From an uncultured archaeon (GTDB lineage Archaea; Asgardarchaeota; Lokiarchaeia; Sigyniarchaeales; SOKP01), in contig CAYLZE010000082.1 in assembly GCA_964388035.1 (NCBI GenBank), positions 1-23,221 of the forward strand: a DNA stretch of 23,221 bases. Direction: 5' to 3'. The position numbers and the translations under genes are program-made. Positions 9,869 through 19,288 of this stretch are shown piece by piece (the stretch's first letter is position 1; the number at the start of each line of letters is the position of its first letter). The notes beneath the pieces were generated by a model. The model worked only from the letters and a program-made list of their open reading frames with translations, was not told where the DNA came from and searched no databases.

Positions 9869-11668
9869 CTATGGTTCCGTCTGTTTCTTCACGATTTGCT
9901 GTCTTAATTCAATCGCTTCTTTGAACTCCGGATCCAATTCTAATGCTCTATTTACGATTTCCAATGCATTTAACACCCGGTTCTGCTCAAAAAAGAGCCC
10001 AGCAAGTGCATACCATCCTCGAGGATAGTTGGGATCTAATTCAATGGATTTTTTCATGAATTCCTTGGCTCTTTCGAATTCTCCCTTTTTTTGATATGCC
10101 AAACCGAAATAACTCCATATTTTGGCATCCTTGGAATTGAGCTTTATGGATTGCTTACATGCTTCGATTGCTTTATCAAGGTCCTTATTCTCAATATATG
10201 CATGACATAAATAGTTCCAGGCATCAATTAAGGTATCGTCTAATTCCAGCGCTTTATTAAAAGAGGTAATGGCCTCCTCTTGATTTCCCATTTTCTTATA
10301 TGTTTCCCCCAGGTTCATCCAAGCTTCTTTATCTTCCGAGTTTAACTCGATAACCTCATGGAAGGCTTGGATTGCTTGGTTAAAATCTCCTTGCTTTGAA
10401 TAAAGAACTCCCAGATGATCCCATGTAGACAGAGAATTCGCTTCAGTTTTTAAAATTTCTTGATAAGCTACGATCGCTTGTTCAAGATTTCCTTCTTGCT
10501 CTTGAAGTAAAGCTAAATTTTTCCATCCTTCGATGAAATCAGGGCGAATTTCTACGGCCTTTTTAAATGCAGGAAGAGCCTTATCCAATTGCTTTCTTTC
10601 CATGTATATTTTCCCTAAAAGGGAATGTCCTTCAAAATACCCCGAATTTAAGGCAATCGCATGTTCAAGTGCATCCGATGCTTCATCAAGGGCTTGCTCG
10701 TGGAAATTAAGATTTGCTAGATGTTTCCACGCTTCAAAAGAATCCTTGTCTATCTTGACCGCTTCTAAATATGCTTTTTTAGCGTCGGAAAGGTGTCCCA
10801 GCTCCTCATTTAGCTCTCCCATCATCAACCATCCTTCGATGAAATACGGATTAATATCTATAGTAGTTTTGTAAATCTCCAATGCCTTTTTAGAATCTCC
10901 CTGATCTTTATAAATTTTTGAAAGTTGTTGCAGAGCTTCCAGGTGATGAGCATCAATCGATAAGATTTGATTGAAAACCTTGATTGCTTTATCCTGTTCT
11001 TGTAATTCCACGCATACAAGCCCTAAATTATACCAAGCATCCAAATAATACGAATCTATTTTTATCGCCTTTTTTAAGGCTACTTTTGCTTGGTCATATT
11101 CTTTATTGTTCTTATAAGTCATACCGAGATTATACCAAGCATCAAAAGAATTTTCATTGAGGGAAAGAGCATTCTTAAAAGCTTCAATGGTTTTGGAATA
11201 ATCGTTCATTTTCTGATATGCCTGTCCCACCTTAATCCATGACCAAATCGAATCCGGTTCGAGTTTAATAATTTTTAAAAAAATATTTAATGCATCTTCA
11301 ATTTGCCCAATACGCAAATAAGAATTCCCCAAATTTCTCAAAGCTTCCACGTTATCGGGCATAATTTCAAGCGCTCCCTTGTATGCTTCGATTGCTTTTG
11401 CATACTCTTCATTCTTGTATTGAAAATTCCCTTTTTCCAGATTGATCTTAAAACGCAAGAAATTTGCCCGTTTCTTGTATTCTTCTACTTTTTCTTTGGC
11501 TTTTTCGAGTAAAGAAGGATCTTGAGAAGTATTGATTACTTTTAATATTTTTTCTACCGCTCCCAAGTATTTGGAAATAGCCAGTTGGTATTCGCCTTTA
11601 TTATCGTGAGATAAGGCCTGTTTTGCCTCCTCGAGAGCCATTTTCATTAGATTTACGGTACTACTCAT
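9869..11668 (-). CDS. MIT domain + about 15 TPR repeat protein
   Basis: Residues 1-75 align by eye with the Vps4 MIT in this window. The rest is tandem 34-aa TPRs (AWYNLG...A...A.....P). Confidence 0.88.
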   Translation of the reverse strand: MSSTVNLMKMALEEAKQALSHDNKGEYQLAISKYLGAVEKILKVINTSQDPSLLEKAKEKVEEYKKRANFLRFKINLEKGNFQYKNEEYAKAIEAYKGALEIMPDNVEALRNLGNSYLRIGQIEDALNIFLKIIKLEPDSIWSWIKVGQAYQKMNDYSKTIEAFKNALSLNENSFDAWYNLGMTYKNNKEYDQAKVALKKAIKIDSYYLDAWYNLGLVCVELQEQDKAIKVFNQILSIDAHHLEALQQLSKIYKDQGDSKKALEIYKTTIDINPYFIEGWLMMGELNEELGHLSDAKKAYLEAVKIDKDSFEAWKHLANLNFHEQALDEASDALEHAIALNSGYFEGHSLLGKIYMERKQLDKALPAFKKAVEIRPDFIEGWKNLALLQEQEGNLEQAIVAYQEILKTEANSLSTWDHLGVLYSKQGDFNQAIQAFHEVIELNSEDKEAWMNLGETYKKMGNQEEAITSFNKALELDDTLIDAWNYLCHAYIENKDLDKAIEACKQSIKLNSKDAKIWSYFGLAYQKKGEFERAKEFMKKSIELDPNYPRGWYALAGLFFEQNRVLNALEIVNRALELDPEFKEAIELRQQIVKKQTEP

Positions 11669-11790
11669 TTTAAATTCGCGACCTAACTTTAACTATAAAT
11701 AAAGATTTGGTTTCATTAAATAATTATTTCTCTATACTTGAAATAACTTAAAAAAAGTATTTATTATTAACTGAGTCCGATCCTTTATCT

Positions 11791-12153
11791 TTATTTTGCA
11801 TCCTCGAGATCCAATTGTGGATTTATAAGAGGAATACGCTTTAAAATGCCATGATAATCAGATTTAATGATATTAATTTCTGATAATCGTTCTGAGAACA
11901 TCTTGTTTCTGAATTTGGGAGGTTTGGTCAAAGGGGTAGGACGTTCAAGGATAGTAAAAGGCAGATGATCCAGGTTTTTAATTCTGGGAGATAATATATC
12001 ATGAAAGGAATCCCCTTTAGTTGCATTTTTAACAATTTGAGGAAGGTTCACTTCTAAATTTTTCTCGAGTTGTTGTTTTACCTTCTCGGGATAGGAAAAT
12101 GCTGTTATCCTGCATAAGGGACAATCTTCCTCAAATCCGTGAATACAGGTCAT
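11791..12153 (-). CDS. Small hypothetical protein with N-terminal CxH-x5-CxxC putative metal site and Pro-rich body
   Basis: MTCIHGFEEDCPLC; 120 aa; co-oriented upstream of the MIT-TPR gene. Confidence 0.6.
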   Translation of the reverse strand: MTCIHGFEEDCPLCRITAFSYPEKVKQQLEKNLEVNLPQIVKNATKGDSFHDILSPRIKNLDHLPFTILERPTPLTKPPKFRNKMFSERLSEINIIKSDYHGILKRIPLINPQLDLEDAK

Positions 12154-12452
12154 GGTGAATCTAAAGATAATGTTATTGTTGTTTGAAGATCATGAATTAA
12201 TCGTGTTATATAATCTTTTTTATTATTATTCATTAATTTGCCATTTTCGAAGCTTCTCGCGCGAAAAATTGAATTAAAATCATTTGGCAATGGTTTTTTT
12301 TCGAACCTTCATTTATTATAAGATAAGACGTGCGCTTTTATATTATTAAATGTAAAAATTAGAATTTTGTAGATATACGTGAAATAAAAAATCATGGTTC
12401 ATGCTCATGATTTTATACTTTGCGTGATCACTCTTTAACTGCTATAAGAAAA

Positions 12453-13595
12453 ATGACGAAAGGCATCATTCTGTCAGGAGGATGGGGAACACGGTTGCGC
12501 CCATTAACATGCACCATTCCTAAAACCTTGATTCCGGTAGTAAATAAACCCGTGATCGAGCGTCAAATGCTGCTATTAAAGGAAGCAGGGATATCGGAGG
12601 TAGTTTTAGCCGTGAGCGTGATGGCAGATGCGTTAAAAAGCTATTTCAAGGATGGAGCTTGGTTGGGGTTGAAAATTCATTATACTGAGGAAAAGAAACC
12701 CATGGGAACGGCGGGGGCGATAAAATTGGCAGAACCTTTTTTAAAGGGAGATAATTTTTTCATGCTAAATGGAGATGTCATTCTTAATTTCGATTTTAAA
12801 AAAATGCTGCAGCAACACGAACTTTTTGGAGGAATAGGAACCATAGCAAGCAAATTAGTAGAAGATCCTTCACGATATGGCGTTTTAATAATAAATGATA
12901 GTACGAACCAAATCGAACAATTTCAGGAAAAAGAGAAATATGCTCCTCCCGAAGGTGCAAAACCTGAAATGCCCATTAATGCGGGGGTGTATATATTGGA
13001 ACCGGAAGTTCTTTCTTATATAGAACCAAAGAAAAAAATATCAATGGAACGAGATATATTTCCGACCCTTGCAAGGGATGGCCGCTTGTACCATCATCCC
13101 ATTACGGGAATCTGGAAGGACATTGGAAAGCCTACTGAATTATTAGAAGGAAATATCTTGTTAATGAACGAGATATTAAGCAATCAGAAGGGCGAAAATG
13201 CCAATCTTATTGATGATAGTCTAAATGTTGAAGGAAAAGTAACCATATTTCCTCCTTGTGCCATTGGGGAACAAGTTGTTATTAGAAAAAATTGCTCGAT
13301 TGGCCCAAACGTGATCATCGGTGATAACGTGTATATTGATTCCGGCACGAACATCAAGCAATCTCTTATTTATAATGAATCATATATCTCAAGAAACGTG
13401 ACTATCGAAAATTCCATCATTTCAAATAATTGTCATGTAAAAGATAACGTAATCCTCGCGGGAAATAAAGCGGGATTGATATTATTAGCTTCTAACGTGG
13501 AAGTCGCTAAAGATATTCATCTCATTAATAAATCTACCGATTGCTTGACGATTTGTCACCATGAAGTTGTAAAAGAGGATGTGGAATATTTTTAA
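12453..13595 (+). CDS. NDP-sugar pyrophosphorylase (mannose-1-phosphate guanylyltransferase-like) with C-terminal left-handed beta-helix
   Basis: IILSGGWGTRLRPLT..IPK, PMGTAGAI, LNGD, INAGVY, WKDIG and hexapeptide repeats. ATG at 12453 is preferred over TTG at 12420 because the family domain begins there. Confidence 0.9.
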   Translation: MTKGIILSGGWGTRLRPLTCTIPKTLIPVVNKPVIERQMLLLKEAGISEVVLAVSVMADALKSYFKDGAWLGLKIHYTEEKKPMGTAGAIKLAEPFLKGDNFFMLNGDVILNFDFKKMLQQHELFGGIGTIASKLVEDPSRYGVLIINDSTNQIEQFQEKEKYAPPEGAKPEMPINAGVYILEPEVLSYIEPKKKISMERDIFPTLARDGRLYHHPITGIWKDIGKPTELLEGNILLMNEILSNQKGENANLIDDSLNVEGKVTIFPPCAIGEQVVIRKNCSIGPNVIIGDNVYIDSGTNIKQSLIYNESYISRNVTIENSIISNNCHVKDNVILAGNKAGLILLASNVEVAKDIHLINKSTDCLTICHHEVVKEDVEYF

Positions 13596-13921
13596 GAAAA
13601 AATGGGGTATAAAACCATTTTCAAGGAATGCTAATAACACTTATTTCCAAGAAATATAAGCCGTGCCTTATTTAATCCTTCTTTTTAAAAACCATCGATA
13701 TAACTCTATTCAAATGGGTTTTAGGTTTACCACTTATAGAGATTCTCTCCAAACAGAATTCTGCAAGTCCTCATTATTACTTTGGGGACTTGATGACGTG
13801 ATTTCATCTCTATTAAAATACTTTCCCGAAATCTCTGAGATGATACATGGCAAAAATTTAAAAAAAGTAAAAGAATGAGAGGAATATCTCTCTTATTTGA
13901 ATAGTATTTATTAGAGATAAT

Positions 13922-15223
13922 TCATGCGGTTATTTTCGGTGCTTTTTTGATTTCTTTAGAAAGAGCCACAGGTATTAAGGCTAAAACAATGAATATCGCT
14001 CCAACTATATAGATCAACGGAGGAGGAACATTTCCGGGAACCCCATCCACAATAATAGGAGCTCCATACTGCGTAGAAATTGCCCCACCTATGATAGGAC
14101 CAACGATCATTCCGATAAGAACGTTGAAGATCAAGTAATATCCGCTGAATTGACCATACTTTTCAGGAGGATATAAATCTTTTATCCATGTTTGGGCCGA
14201 AATATGCCAGGAAGACATGAACAATACCCATAATATCCCTGTTATGATTAAAAATATTAAACTTTCAGCAAAGGCATATAAACATAATGAAATTCCTTCG
14301 CACACAAGACTGAGGATCGCGATTCGTTTTCGCCCGACCTTATCGATAAGCATGCCGATGGGTACTCCCAAAATAATGGACACCATCAATGCTACAAACA
14401 CGACAAGAGCTGCTAATTCCAGAGAAAATCCTATGTGATGTTGTAAATATATCAAGACAAATGGGAAATAAACATTGAATCCAATAGCAAATAGCCCTAT
14501 ACCAAGCAATAGAATAAAATAATCCTTATGTCCCTTCAATAAATCTCTCTTGAACGAACTTCTAATATGTTGGTACAGCCCAATCGATAAGGGCTTTAAG
14601 TTTTCGGAATCCTTTACAAAATAGGCACCCAACACTCCAAAAACACCAGTAACTGCTCCTATCATGATAAAGAAAAAATAATATCCAAAAGCTTCCACGA
14701 TGAACCCCGAAACGGCGTAGATGATTAAAGTAGAAGTTAACGTAGTGATCTCTAAGATTCCTATTGCCTTTCCTCGATTTTCCAAAGTGGTAACATCGGT
14801 AATATATGCAATGAAAGCCGCATCATAGGCCGTTGCTCCGAAATAAGTCATGATACAATCGAAGAGAATGGCTATGGTGACCGCCACAAGGACCGGATGA
14901 AATACTGCCGCAAACGGAAATATCGCCGTGGTGAAGGACCAAAATAGGAACCCGAAGATCATGAAAAATCTTCTCTTTCCCTTCACGTCAGAATATGCTC
15001 CCATGACAATGGCGGTCACAGTAGACATGACTGCGGTAATTGCAACCATTAATGACACGTACATTGGAACGGGTGCAATTTCATTATACATGAAGACGTT
15101 ATAAAATTGATTTTCGACTGCCCAGGCGATATTGCCCGCAAGGGAAATAACAAGAATCGTGAACGCTGTTCTTTTCCCTAGTTTCGCGTGATTATTACTA
15201 TTTTCCACTCTATTATTCCTCAA
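13922..15223 (-). CDS. MFS transporter
   Basis: About 12 hydrophobic segments; motif A copies GAYSDVKGKRR and GMLIDKVGRKR. Confidence 0.9.
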   Translation of the reverse strand: MRNNRVENSNNHAKLGKRTAFTILVISLAGNIAWAVENQFYNVFMYNEIAPVPMYVSLMVAITAVMSTVTAIVMGAYSDVKGKRRFFMIFGFLFWSFTTAIFPFAAVFHPVLVAVTIAILFDCIMTYFGATAYDAAFIAYITDVTTLENRGKAIGILEITTLTSTLIIYAVSGFIVEAFGYYFFFIMIGAVTGVFGVLGAYFVKDSENLKPLSIGLYQHIRSSFKRDLLKGHKDYFILLLGIGLFAIGFNVYFPFVLIYLQHHIGFSLELAALVVFVALMVSIILGVPIGMLIDKVGRKRIAILSLVCEGISLCLYAFAESLIFLIITGILWVLFMSSWHISAQTWIKDLYPPEKYGQFSGYYLIFNVLIGMIVGPIIGGAISTQYGAPIIVDGVPGNVPPPLIYIVGAIFIVLALIPVALSKEIKKAPKITA

Positions 15224-15432
15224 GTAATTTTTTGAGTTTATTTGTACAATTTATTATCTATTAAAAACTTACTTTTTTGGGCAGAATTCCAATCTACCAT
15301 GTAAGAATCTTCTTTTAGTATAAAATAGAAGAGATAAAGGGACCTTTTGCCCAAATTTTTTTGAAATTAACATGCGTTAACGCTTTTAAGGCGAACCTGA
15401 ATCAGTTAAAAATGAAATAGTAGTCGTTTAAA

Positions 15433-16065
15433 TCAAATCCCGCTCCTATCTAATGAAATTTCCTCCGTCCCTTTTCTTAATCTTTCGGCTATTAATTCTA
15501 AATACGATTTTCTAATGGATTGTTCTTCTTTAATGCCGAAATGATTTAAAAATTTGAAAAGAAGGTTTCTCGCTTGCTCCATTTCTCTTTCCATTTCCGC
15601 TTTTAATTCCACTTCGATGAAATGTTCATTTAAAATGGGTATATAATCAATTAACGCTTCTAAAATCTTTCCATCAACCTCGAATTCATACAGTTCTCGT
15701 TCTTTTTTAACCGTAAAAATCTCCCGAAACCCCAGCAATTTTAATATTTCCTTCATTACTTCTCCATTCTTAATATCCGTTTCCAATTCATTGCGAGATT
15801 TGGTGGTAGTGTCAATTTTTTTACCCTTGTAGGTGATATAATAGTGAGTGTCTTCCTTGTTCTCTGGATCCATTCTATCATAAGTTGTCGATTTGCGAAC
15901 TCGTAAAGCTTCATCTGTTTTTCTGAAATTCCTTAGCTCGCCCGGCATGTTAAAATAGGTATCCTCATGATGGAGCGAATGAATGTATTTCCCTCCATTT
16001 TCTTGAAATTGATTTCTCATTCCCTCGGGATCACCAATTTTTACCTTTATTTCTACTTCAATCAA
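15433..16065 (-). CDS. cyaB: CYTH-domain protein (class IV adenylate cyclase-like / triphosphate tunnel enzyme)
   Basis: EVEIK (ExExK), DTYF, EALRVR, TYKG, VKKERE, FIEVE, KSYLEL; TTG start preceded by GAGGA. Confidence 0.88.
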   Translation of the reverse strand: MIEVEIKVKIGDPEGMRNQFQENGGKYIHSLHHEDTYFNMPGELRNFRKTDEALRVRKSTTYDRMDPENKEDTHYYITYKGKKIDTTTKSRNELETDIKNGEVMKEILKLLGFREIFTVKKERELYEFEVDGKILEALIDYIPILNEHFIEVELKAEMEREMEQARNLLFKFLNHFGIKEEQSIRKSYLELIAERLRKGTEEISLDRSGI

Positions 16066-16155
16066 ATTTTAATCCTCTCTCCTCAATTTTTATAATAAGC
16101 ATGAACTATTATTATGTAAACAACATCTTAGTTTTTTAAATTTATGTAAGGTCGG

Positions 16156-17109
16156 TTGATTATTAATTATCACGATTTAGCAAAGAAATATGGATATTTC
16201 GATTACATGGTCAAGCGCTATTTCGATTTTTTAGGAGAGGAAGAGACGCTAAAATTACTGGAAGCCAATGAAAAACCACTACTGCCTTCTATTAGGGTCA
16301 ACACGTTAAAAATCTCTCCTTTACAATTAAAGGAAAGAATGGAAAAAAATGGTTTCCTACTTCAACCCTCTGAATGGATTCTCGAGGGCTTTAAAGTGTT
16401 GAAAGAGCCATTAAATTTAGGGTCCACTCATGAATACCTGCAAGGATATTATTACATTCAAAATATCACCTCCATGTTTCCCGCTCTCATCTTATCTCCA
16501 AAACCAAATGAAACTGTAATCGACATGTGTTCTGCTCCTGGAGGAAAGGGAACTCATTTAGCCCAAATAATGAAGAATGAAGGATGCCTTCTTTTAATTG
16601 ACAGAAATTTAAGGAGAATTCCCTCTTTAGAGATGAACGTGAGAAGGTTAGGGGTTAGAAATTCAATTATCTTGAATCATGATTCTGTTTATTTATCTAA
16701 ATTAAATATTAAGGCGGATAAAATCCTATTGGATGCACCTTGTACGGGTGAAGGTTTAATACGAGTAGATAAAACGAGAAAAAAGAGCAAGAAAATGCAA
16801 AACTTGAATAAGATGAATTCCATTCAAATGCAGTTGTTAAGAAGCGGTCTACATTGCTTAAGTTCGGGAGGCCAATTGCTTTACAGCACGTGTTCCATTG
16901 CTCCTGAGGAAAATGAATTGGTGATCGATGAGGTGCTTCAAAATGAAAATGAATATAACATAGAAAAAATATCCTTCAATTGGGGCTTAGAGGGGTTAAC
17001 AAAAGTGTTTGGAAAAGCTCTTGATTCTGATTTACGATTTTCTCAGAGATTTTATCCCCACATTCACGGCACCATCGGTTTTTATATTTGCTTGCTTTCT
17101 AAAAAATGA
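16156..17109 (+). CDS. NOL1/NOP2/Sun family RNA m5C methyltransferase
   Basis: IRVNTLK, DMCSAPGGKGTH, LLDAPCTGEG, YSTCS..PEENE, PHIHGTIGFY. Confidence 0.93.
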   Translation: MIINYHDLAKKYGYFDYMVKRYFDFLGEEETLKLLEANEKPLLPSIRVNTLKISPLQLKERMEKNGFLLQPSEWILEGFKVLKEPLNLGSTHEYLQGYYYIQNITSMFPALILSPKPNETVIDMCSAPGGKGTHLAQIMKNEGCLLLIDRNLRRIPSLEMNVRRLGVRNSIILNHDSVYLSKLNIKADKILLDAPCTGEGLIRVDKTRKKSKKMQNLNKMNSIQMQLLRSGLHCLSSGGQLLYSTCSIAPEENELVIDEVLQNENEYNIEKISFNWGLEGLTKVFGKALDSDLRFSQRFYPHIHGTIGFYICLLSKK

Positions 17110-17473
17110 GAATTTAAATAGTAAAATAATTTGAAGAATAGCATTTGAAAAAGCACCCATATTCTTTTTTAAGAAACGAGATCTTAGTCAAGTTCTTTTT
17201 AATTCAATGTCAAAATGAAAATATTGAAATAGATATTAGAATATAACTTTCCATTGAATTCTCTAAAGATTGTGATCTACCAATATAAAAAATATTGGGA
17301 ATTCGCTCTCATAATAATGCAAAAATTTTATAACACATCCACAACATCAACTTTAAATAATAGATTTATACAAAAAAGTAAAATCTAGCATCCAGAAAGT
17401 AACTTTTTAAATTGGGAATTGTATAATAAAGATAAGTATATTTGGATATATTTTTGCATAAAAGTGAATTTAA

Positions 17474-19258
17474 ATGAAAAAAATAAGTAAGATTCAACTA
17501 TCGATCTTATCTTCCTTGATAATTGTCTCTTCTTCACTGCTTTTTCTAAATGGTTACGCTGCTACTTATAGTGATTTAGATCCTGACTATCCTCCTTCTG
17601 CAAGTCATCAATGGGCTTTTGGACAGCATAATATCTTTGGATGGCACGTCAAGACTCTTGAAGGAGATGGGCCTCTAGATCATGATTTAATATACAATGT
17701 AACTGCTCTTAAACTTTTAGATGATGCTTTTCAAATTGATGAATCAAATTTCAATGCATATGGTGTAGTATTGCAACGTATGTATTGGAATACTTCAAGT
17801 GGTGGCTTAAAACCATATAATACTTTAATGAATTACCCCCTAATCAATGCATCCCTTATCAACTACACTACAGGAATGCCCGGAGCAGAACAACTCATGC
17901 TTCCTTTTAATCCCGAAGTTGGCGGCACAATTGAAACAATGGAGGCAAATCCCTTCATTCCTATTAATACATCAGCAGGCAATCTCCCAGATCTTGCCTA
18001 TTGCGCCGATATGCTTTATGTATTCTATGATTACCAGCTCAGTGGTAGCATGTCAGGTACCACGGATGTAAGTATTGCCACTGATGGTAGCACTTATTGG
18101 ATGATTAGTTATACCAATACTATTCATGACACATATGCGCATTTGTATTATAACATACAAGGTGTATTAACTACAGGAGAAATATATGGGTATCACGACC
18201 TCGATAAATTCAAAGTTAATTATACTAAAATAGAAGATTTTAATCCCGTTAATGGACTTCAATGGGCTTATGATGTAGGCGATGAGTTTTATATGGGGCA
18301 AGAATTTCACGAATTCCATTACAAAATTATTGAAAAAAACGAAACAACTACCATACAATATGGTGATATCGTTTCATACCAAGAGATTTGGGCAAATAGA
18401 ACTCGGTGGGACGGTGGATTACAAGCTTGGACAGATCCTGATATAACGGCAATTGGGAGGGCTAATGAAAATGATCCCATGGTATTTACAGATGATGGAG
18501 GTCCTGCCTTTTACCTATTACCCGAAAATACACAAGGATGCGACGTGAAACGTCACTGGCAAGGATTTGCAGATGAAAACGGGCAGGTAGATTCGGTAAG
18601 TTGTGGAGAAGATTGGGTGAAGATTTATAATTCGAACAATGAGAGTTATGTCTACATGGAATACTTTGCTAACGGTCAGTTAAAATACCTTCATACGTTT
18701 AGCGTGAACTTCATGGGCTCCGATAGCACGGTCATCTACTTTAAAAATTCAACCATTGCGACTACTGGTGTCAATGAATATGAACTTACGCCATATGGCG
18801 CAGAAGGAGATTTTACAATAAAATTTACGTTGGATGTTTCGACCAATACTCATATCCTTTTTGCAGCATTTGATTATTTGCCTATTGACCAAGAACTCGA
18901 GAATGGTTTGGTATATTTTGATATTTGGATGAATGATACCGGTTTGATCAACGAATTGAATATTACTATACTCTATAATGGTCTTTATACTGATTTAGAA
19001 CTCCAGAAACTTCAACTTGGGCCCTCACCCCTTTGGCAAGGAGTCTATTGCGAAATTAATGATAACAACGTTACTTCCTCTGAATCGGCATCCTTATCTT
19101 CTACCGTCTATGGATTATCAGGTCAGCCAGATATTTCTGCTTGGATAACTGCCATGCTAAAAAGAGGTTTTGAAAAAGCCTTTGAAAAAGCATTTAAGAA
19201 TGCATTTGCTCGGGCGATTGCACGAATAATCGAGAGGAAATTAGGCGATTTAATTTAA
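17474..19258 (+). CDS. Secreted/cell-surface glycoprotein with a possible internal duplication and an amphipathic basic C-terminal tail
   Basis: Signal peptide (MKKISK + hydrophobic stretch + GYA/A); 13 N-x-S/T sequons counted; body rich in beta-favouring T/N/Y/D residues. Confidence 0.75.
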   Translation: MKKISKIQLSILSSLIIVSSSLLFLNGYAATYSDLDPDYPPSASHQWAFGQHNIFGWHVKTLEGDGPLDHDLIYNVTALKLLDDAFQIDESNFNAYGVVLQRMYWNTSSGGLKPYNTLMNYPLINASLINYTTGMPGAEQLMLPFNPEVGGTIETMEANPFIPINTSAGNLPDLAYCADMLYVFYDYQLSGSMSGTTDVSIATDGSTYWMISYTNTIHDTYAHLYYNIQGVLTTGEIYGYHDLDKFKVNYTKIEDFNPVNGLQWAYDVGDEFYMGQEFHEFHYKIIEKNETTTIQYGDIVSYQEIWANRTRWDGGLQAWTDPDITAIGRANENDPMVFTDDGGPAFYLLPENTQGCDVKRHWQGFADENGQVDSVSCGEDWVKIYNSNNESYVYMEYFANGQLKYLHTFSVNFMGSDSTVIYFKNSTIATTGVNEYELTPYGAEGDFTIKFTLDVSTNTHILFAAFDYLPIDQELENGLVYFDIWMNDTGLINELNITILYNGLYTDLELQKLQLGPSPLWQGVYCEINDNNVTSSESASLSSTVYGLSGQPDISAWITAMLKRGFEKAFEKAFKNAFARAIARIIERKLGDLI

Positions 19259-19288
19259 AAACAAGGAAATTTAATTTCCACTTTTTTT

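Noticed and set aside
9869-11443. TPR array as an O-GlcNAc transferase
   Set aside because: No glycosyltransferase domain follows; the ORF ends right after the TPRs.
4443-13595. MtnA (eIF2B regulatory-subunit family) plus NTP-transferase/LbH protein (eIF2B gamma/epsilon family) as a proto-eIF2B
   Set aside because: Both keep full enzymatic motifs, lie about 7 kb apart, and no HEAT/W2 catalytic domain is present.
13663-13878. 71-aa intergenic ORF
   Set aside because: GTG start, no motif; probably chance.
15276-15355. Intergenic hairpin as a SECIS element
   Set aside because: No AUGA/GA core was seen, and no neighbouring gene has an evident in-frame TGA at a conserved Cys position.
17144-19192. 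12-bp match tttgaaaaagca at 17144-17155 and 19181-19192 as an insertion-flanking duplication
   Set aside because: Low-complexity word in AT-rich DNA, the second copy lies inside the CDS, and no integrase or transposase is nearby.
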